A program made the position numbers and the translations under genes. A stretch of 64,000 nt of DNA, taken from assembly GCA_020633075.1 (NCBI GenBank), contig JACKEI010000003.1, positions 525,472 through 589,471 on the forward strand, given 5' to 3'. Positions 59,051-64,000 of this stretch are shown piece by piece (within the stretch, counting starts at the first letter, position 1; each line of letters begins with the position of its first letter). The notes under the pieces are model-generated. The model searched no databases. It saw only the letters and a list, made by a program, of their open reading frames with translations, and was not told the origin of the DNA. This DNA is from Sandaracinaceae bacterium. Lineage in GTDB: Bacteria > Myxococcota_A > Polyangia > Polyangiales > Houyiibacteriaceae.

Positions 59051-59689
59051 TCAGCGGGGAGGCGACGCTGGCAACGGCAGCCGCGTCGGGAAGGCCCCAC
59101 CCACCACCAACCCGACGATGGCGCCCGTGAGCGCCCCGCCGCCCGCGCTGGCCGCAAAGCTGAAGCCGTCCGACGCCGCCGTGGGCACGAACTGCTCCAC
59201 GAAGAGCGTCGCGACCAGGCCGGCGCACCACCCGAGCGCGCTGTGCAGCACGAAGCGTGGCGGACAGGGCTCGAGCGCGCGTCGCTGCAGCAGCCCGAGG
59301 ATCGCGCCGAGGCCAGCGCCCGCCAGCACGGCGACGAGCAGGTCGAGGCCGGGCGACGTCTGGACCGACGGCTCGAGGGCCTCCACCAAGAGCACCAGCG
59401 CCCACGCGACGCCCATGCCCAGGGTGGTCGCCCCGACGTAGGCGGGCAGCCGCGTGTAGCCTCGCGCGGCGAGCACGCGGCCTTGCAAGAGGCCCAGCGC
59501 GAGCCCTTCCAGCACCCCACCGAGCACCCCCAAGAGCGGCAGCAAGCTCGCCGCAGATGAGCCGGGCTCCACCTCGGCGTTCGCTACCAGCACGCTGAGC
59601 GCCCGGGCGATGACCAATCCGAGCGCTTCGGCGGCCGCGGTGGCGAACACCAGCGCGGCCAGCAGGGGGAGGGCGGAGAGCTTGAGCAT
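59051..59689 (-). CDS. Hypothetical polytopic membrane protein with an internal duplication
   Basis: 212 aa, Gly/Ala/Leu-rich TM helices. Repeated element GxLEGLALGLLQGRVL / GAILGLLQRRAL. Confidence 0.5.
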   Translation of the reverse strand: MLKLSALPLLAALVFATAAAEALGLVIARALSVLVANAEVEPGSSAASLLPLLGVLGGVLEGLALGLLQGRVLAARGYTRLPAYVGATTLGMGVAWALVLLVEALEPSVQTSPGLDLLVAVLAGAGLGAILGLLQRRALEPCPPRFVLHSALGWCAGLVATLFVEQFVPTAASDGFSFAASAGGGALTGAIVGLVVGGAFPTRLPLPASPPR

Positions 59690-59740
59690 GGCGTCTCTAT
59701 ACTCGCCTCGTCGCGGCCGGGCACTCGTCCGCGGGGTGTG

Positions 59741-60523
59741 TCAGGGGATGGGGCTGCCCGGAAGTCGGCGCGGCGCATCACGCCAGCGGCCGCTGGGGAT
59801 GGGGACGGTCCCTACGAGTGTGCCTACGTAAAGGTAGCAGAACGCCCACTGCAGGCCGCGCGCGGTGGTGACGGGTAGCACGACCCGCACGTACTCGGTG
59901 GGCGGCGCCAGGTAGCCTTCGAAGTCCTCGATGGGGTCCAGCTGCGCCAGCAGCGCGGGCATGTCCGAGGACCGATAGAGCTCGCCTTCGACGCGTCCGC
60001 TGCCGCTCACCAAGCCCGGCCACGCGCCCAGGTGGAGCAGGCACCCGGCGACCTCGGCGGGCTCGGGCTGCACGTCGGGCAGCAGCGCGCGGATCGCCCC
60101 TTCGCGCTCCTCGCCGCGCATGAGCGTGCCGTAGACGAACACGGCTCCGGGGAAGTCCGGGGGCTGGGTGGTCGGGGCGGGCACCGTCGTCGTCGCCGCA
60201 GTGGTAGTCGTCTCCGCCGTCGTCGGGGGGGTCAGGAGTACGTCGAGCAGCGTGCCATCGGGCCGGACCGCGCGCGCGCGCAGCGGTCCCGTGGCGTCCG
60301 CCAGGGCGGCGGTGTGTGTGAGCACGCTGTGGCCGTCCAAGCGTCCGGGCAGGGCAGCACCCGGCGCCAACACGAAGCGACCGGGGAGCTCGGCGTCGAG
60401 CCGCAGGTCCGGCACGAAGAGCAGCTCCGGGTCGTCGGCGCGGAGCGCGCCAGGGTCGACCGGGGCGAAGCGTGGCAACTCGCGGGGCTGGGAGCGCGTC
60501 ACGCCGAGAGGGATAGCACGCAC
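59741..60523 (-). CDS. Gamma-glutamylcyclotransferase (GGCT/AIG2-like) family protein with an N-terminal extension and a Thr-rich linker
   Basis: C-terminal FVYGTLMRGEERE...GELY... GGCT-like core. Start uncertain: GTG 60523 avoids a 5'-5' overlap with the divergent gene, while ATG 60676 (track ORF) would overlap it by 128 nt. Confidence 0.55.
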   Translation of the reverse strand: MRAIPLGVTRSQPRELPRFAPVDPGALRADDPELLFVPDLRLDAELPGRFVLAPGAALPGRLDGHSVLTHTAALADATGPLRARAVRPDGTLLDVLLTPPTTAETTTTAATTTVPAPTTQPPDFPGAVFVYGTLMRGEEREGAIRALLPDVQPEPAEVAGCLLHLGAWPGLVSGSGRVEGELYRSSDMPALLAQLDPIEDFEGYLAPPTEYVRVVLPVTTARGLQWAFCYLYVGTLVGTVPIPSGRWRDAPRRLPGSPIP

Positions 60524-60548
60524 GCCGGGTAGCTGATACGCAGGCGGG

Positions 60549-62222
60549 ATGGACAGCCCCGCCAGCCCCCCCTCCACACCGCCTCCGGCGCGCGGTTGGA
60601 CGCGGGGAGTGCTGATCTTCCTGGTGGGAGGGCTGGTGGGCGCCGCGGTCGCCGGGAACGTCGCGCGCACACGCATCCGGCAGGCTGTCGCTCAGGCTCT
60701 CGCGGCGGACCACGGCCCTGCGTCCGCTGCAGAAGGCGAGGCGCCGCCCACGCCCGCGCTGCCGGACCAGCGGCCGACCAGCGCGGAGGTGCCGCTCGCG
60801 ACGCTCTCACGTGAGCCCCTGCGCTTCTTGAGCGTGGGGGGCGGAGCGGACCCGCTGTCCACGCAAGTGCAGCTGGAGCAGGACGTCGCGCTGTTCGCGG
60901 AGACGGTCCGAGAGGCGACCGGGGAGGACGGAGCGATCCTCTTCGCGGGCGGTCCGAGCGTGCGCGCGGTGCAGGTCCTGGAATACGACGAACGACCGCC
61001 GCGCGCGGGCGAGACGGACGAGGCGGCGGTGTTGCGGGCGGCCCTGGGGGAGCTCGTGGACCCGCGCCCCGAGCGCGCCGCGCGCTACCGTACTCCAGCG
61101 TTGGCGGCGCAGGGCAGCGCGGACGCCGACGCGTTCTTAGCGCTCCTGGGCCGGCAGCTGCAGCTGCCTGGGGAGCGGCTCGAGGTGTTCGTCGCCAGCC
61201 ACGGCGACGCGGGCGAGACGCCTGCCGACAACTACGTCGCGCTGTGGGGTGACACCTCGTTCGACGCGCGTCAGCTCGCCGCGGCCCTCGCACCGACGAG
61301 CTCGCGGCGCGGCGCGCGGCTGGTGCTGACGGCGTGCTTTGGCGGGGGCTTCGCCGAGCTGGCGTTCGACGGGGCCGACGCGAACGCCGGGCCCACCGCG
61401 TCGGATGTCTGCGGGCTGTTCGCGACGTCCGCCGACCACGAGTCCAACGGCTGCGACGCCAACCCCGACCGCCAGGCGCAGGAGGGCTACGCGTTGCACC
61501 TGCTGCGCGCGCTGCGCGGGCACGACCGCGACGGGACCGCCGTGGCTGCGATCGATCTGGACGGCGACGGGCAGGTGGGGGTGCTCGAGGCGCACACCTG
61601 GGCGCGCATCGCGTCTCGCTCCATCGACCTGCCTTCCACGACCTCCGAGCGCTTCCTGCGCTCGCTCCCCAGCGTCGACGCCGCCACCAGCCTCGAGCTG
61701 GTCGGCTACCCGACCCCGGAGGAAGACGCCGTCATTCGCGCGCTCGGTGGGGCGCTGGGTATCGCGACGGAGGAAGCGGTGAGCGCGGCCCGGCAAGTCC
61801 TCGAGGTCCAGCTGGAAGGTGTCGCGGGCGTCATCGAAGAGCGCGCTCAGGCAGAAGACGACGCGCTGCGCGAGCTGCTGCTCACGGTGGGGACGCGCTG
61901 GCCGGAGCTGCTCGACCCCTTCCGCCCCGACTTCGACGCGGTGCTGCGCGCGAACATCCGCGAGCTCGGCGCGGTGCTCCGCTCCGAGGTCGCTCGCGCG
62001 CACGCGCAGGCGCGTCGGCAGACCGAGCGCGCGCTGCTCGACGAGGACGGCCTGCGCTTGCGGTGGGTGCAGCTGCTGCGGCTCGAGCGCGCCTTCGAGA
62101 CGCGCCGCTTGGCGCGCGTGCTCGCGTCCACGCGATCCAGTGACGACCCGGCGCGGCAGCGCTACGAGGCCTTCCTGGCGTGCGAGCGAGCGCCACTGCG
62201 GAGCGCCACGACCTCACCCTGA
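60549..62222 (+). CDS. Membrane-anchored legumain-like (peptidase C13, clan CD) protein with an EF-hand loop and a helical C-terminal domain
   Basis: TM VLIFLVGGLVGAAVAG. LEVFVASHGD (His), RLVLTACFGGGF (Cys) and LFATSADHESNGCD parallel the legumain FIYFTDHG / IEACESGS / YATTAANPRESSYACYYD blocks. DLDGDGQVGVLE is a DxDxDGxVxxxE loop. Confidence 0.6.
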   Translation: MDSPASPPSTPPPARGWTRGVLIFLVGGLVGAAVAGNVARTRIRQAVAQALAADHGPASAAEGEAPPTPALPDQRPTSAEVPLATLSREPLRFLSVGGGADPLSTQVQLEQDVALFAETVREATGEDGAILFAGGPSVRAVQVLEYDERPPRAGETDEAAVLRAALGELVDPRPERAARYRTPALAAQGSADADAFLALLGRQLQLPGERLEVFVASHGDAGETPADNYVALWGDTSFDARQLAAALAPTSSRRGARLVLTACFGGGFAELAFDGADANAGPTASDVCGLFATSADHESNGCDANPDRQAQEGYALHLLRALRGHDRDGTAVAAIDLDGDGQVGVLEAHTWARIASRSIDLPSTTSERFLRSLPSVDAATSLELVGYPTPEEDAVIRALGGALGIATEEAVSAARQVLEVQLEGVAGVIEERAQAEDDALRELLLTVGTRWPELLDPFRPDFDAVLRANIRELGAVLRSEVARAHAQARRQTERALLDEDGLRLRWVQLLRLERAFETRRLARVLASTRSSDDPARQRYEAFLACERAPLRSATTSP

Positions 62223-62260
62223 CCCTTTCCAGCGACCGCCCCGTCGCGTACAATGACCCG

Positions 62261-64000
62261 ATGGATCGCTTTTCGTGTGGGGCGCCGTGGCGCAAGTTGG
62301 CGCTCGTGCTGGGGTTGTGGGCGGGGACCGTCGCGGGCTGCGGAAGCTCGCACGGGCACCCCATGGACATGGGCGTGGTCGACGCCCCTTCCGGGGAGAC
62401 CAGCCTCGCAGAGGATGCGGGCCCGCAGCCTCCGGCGGTGCGCGCCGTGTTCTCGCTCCCGCGTGACGGGGCCGCGCACGAGTTCTTCGACCTCCCGTGG
62501 CCGAGCGACGTGCGCCGGAACCCGGACGGCACCATCGACGTCTCCGAGTTCCGCCAGCAGCGCGAGACCGAGATCGTGGAGCGCTACCTGAGCGCGATCG
62601 AAGCGGACACCCACGGCTACTCCCTCAGCGGCGGCACGTACCTGCGCTTCTCCACCAGCGTAGACACCACCACGCTGCCCGCGACGGGTCTCGCGTCTCA
62701 GGCGGCGGGCGCGTCGGTGTTCCTCATGAACGTCGATCCGGACAGCCCGAACCAGGGGCAGCGGCACCCCGTCAACGTGTCGTACCGCGACGAGGAGACG
62801 CGCTACTGGCCGCAGCACTGCGTCGCCGTCATGCCCGTGTTCGGCATGCCTCTCGAGTGGAACACCACCTACGCCGTGGTGGTCACTCGTGACGTCACGC
62901 CGGCCGCGGGCGGCACCTACGAGCGTGACCTCGACTTCGAGGCGCTGCTCGGCGACGACACCAGCGACCCTGCGATCGTGGCCGCGCGCGCCATCCACGC
63001 GCCAGCGCTGGCGGCGCTCGCCGACGCGGGCGTCGCGGAAGCCGACATCCTCAGCATGGCGGTGTTCACCACCAGCAACACGTACCAAGAGCTCCTGGCC
63101 GCTCGGGACTTCATCGTGGACGAGTACGAGCTACCGACCGCCGACGCGAACGCGTGGGCGCCGAACGTCTCGGCAGCCACCCACACCGAGGTGCTCGGCC
63201 GCTACGGCCCCTCCCCCATCTTCCAGCGGGGCACCATCCCGTACGAGTTCAAGGAGGACGGCGGCGACTTCGAGATCGTGGACGGCGTCCCCGAGGTGCA
63301 GGGGGAGTTCGACGCGCGCTTCTCGCTCACGCTCCCGCCCGCCAGCGTCCCCATGCCGCCTGGCGGCTTCCCCATCGTGCTCTACGCCCACGGTACGGGC
63401 GGCGACTACCGCAGCTATACGCGCAACGGAGTGGGCCGCATGCTCGCCGAGCAGGGCATCGCGGTCATGGGTGTGGACCAGATCCACCACGGCGAGCGGC
63501 TCCCCAGCGGGCTCGACCCGGACGTGTTCGTGTTCAACGTCTTCAACCCCCTGTCGCTGCGGGACAACGCGCGACAGTCCGCGCTCGACGTCGTGCAGCA
63601 GGCGCGCCTGATCGCCGGGCTCGCGGTGCCCATCACCGTGACCGGTCGCGCCGAGCCCGTGACCTTCGACGCGAGCAAGATCTACTTCTACGGACACTCT
63701 CAGGGCGGCGTGAACGGGCCGCTCTTCCTCGCCATCGACGACCACGCGCAGGGGGGTGTCCTCAGCGGTGCCGGCGCCGTCTTCGTCATCGCGCTGGTCG
63801 ACAAGACCGAGCCCATCAACATCCCGAACGTCATCGCCTTCGCGCTGGGGCTCCCGGGCGCGGGAATGGACCCCAACGTGCGTGAGCACATGGTCTACGA
63901 GCATCCGCTGCTGTCCCTGCTCCAGACCTGGGTGGACGTGGCGGACACGGCGAGCTACGCGCACCTCATCCACCGCGCGCCGCGGCCTGGCTTCTCGCCC
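62261..64000 (+). CDS. Lipoprotein alpha/beta-hydrolase-fold protein, 3' end cut by the window edge
   Basis: Frame open from ATG 62261 to nt 64000 (not in the ORF track because there is no stop). Lipobox LGLWAGTVAGCGSS. Nucleophile elbow GHSQGG and YAHGTGGDY oxyanion-region-like motif. The long minus-strand ORFs here look like shadow ORFs. Confidence 0.65.
   Translation, partial: MDRFSCGAPWRKLALVLGLWAGTVAGCGSSHGHPMDMGVVDAPSGETSLAEDAGPQPPAVRAVFSLPRDGAAHEFFDLPWPSDVRRNPDGTIDVSEFRQQRETEIVERYLSAIEADTHGYSLSGGTYLRFSTSVDTTTLPATGLASQAAGASVFLMNVDPDSPNQGQRHPVNVSYRDEETRYWPQHCVAVMPVFGMPLEWNTTYAVVVTRDVTPAAGGTYERDLDFEALLGDDTSDPAIVAARAIHAPALAALADAGVAEADILSMAVFTTSNTYQELLAARDFIVDEYELPTADANAWAPNVSAATHTEVLGRYGPSPIFQRGTIPYEFKEDGGDFEIVDGVPEVQGEFDARFSLTLPPASVPMPPGGFPIVLYAHGTGGDYRSYTRNGVGRMLAEQGIAVMGVDQIHHGERLPSGLDPDVFVFNVFNPLSLRDNARQSALDVVQQARLIAGLAVPITVTGRAEPVTFDASKIYFYGHSQGGVNGPLFLAIDDHAQGGVLSGAGAVFVIALVDKTEPINIPNVIAFALGLPGAGMDPNVREHMVYEHPLLSLLQTWVDVADTASYAHLIHRAPRPGFSP

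Noticed and set aside
58929-59405. N-terminal 159-aa extension of the homoserine dehydrogenase ORF (57606..59405).
   Set aside because: The Rossmann motif MTKSIGIGLVGCGVVG starts at ATG 58928. The extension is Arg/Ala/Gly-rich and overlaps a hydrophobic membrane-protein frame (59051..59689).

Overview
This is a 64-kb, roughly 70% GC, densely coding chromosomal segment. I saw no transposase, integrase, phage gene or CRISPR array. The protein repertoire (PEGA-domain Ser/Thr kinase, bactofilin, many Cys-rich lipoproteins, TolC-MFP-RND operon, split atp genes) suggests Myxococcota, Sorangiineae/Nannocystineae-like; that is inference only, since no search was possible.

Most of the window is core housekeeping:
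- An RNA/translation island on the + strand: tRNA-Ser(CGA), tRNA-Ser(GGA), SRP RNA, arfB, tadA, tRNA-Ser(GCU), tRNA-Arg(ACG).
- groES-groEL preceded by a CIRCE operator.
- pntAA-pntAB-pntB, tkt, a DEAD-box helicase, cobB, tpx and hom.
- F-type ATP synthase genes split into atpDC (- strand) and b'-b-atpH-atpA-atpG (+ strand). atpB and atpE are absent from the window.

The accessory-looking parts worth a second look:
1. A tight minus-strand cluster: a TerB-like/PPP-family phosphatase fusion, Tpx, an NTF2-like protein and a DUF1003 protein. A second metallophosphoesterase plus an FAD oxidoreductase diverge from it only 24 bp away.
2. A membrane-anchored legumain (C13)-like clan-CD protease homologue carrying a canonical EF-hand loop. 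It is flanked by a GGCT-family protein and a lipoprotein alpha/beta-hydrolase.
3. A 917-aa secreted lipoprotein with four Cys-containing InlB-B-repeat-like modules and two SPRY-like domains.
4. A Rieske/GltS-like flavoprotein fusion.
5. An unusually long insertion in AtpA and a His-rich N-terminal extension on ATP synthase subunit b.
6. A TetR gene flanked on both sides by an identical AT-rich 11-mer, a predicted operator.

All functional calls come from motif recognition by eye. None has been confirmed by database search. Many long ORFs in the track are antisense shadow ORFs typical of high-GC DNA and were rejected.
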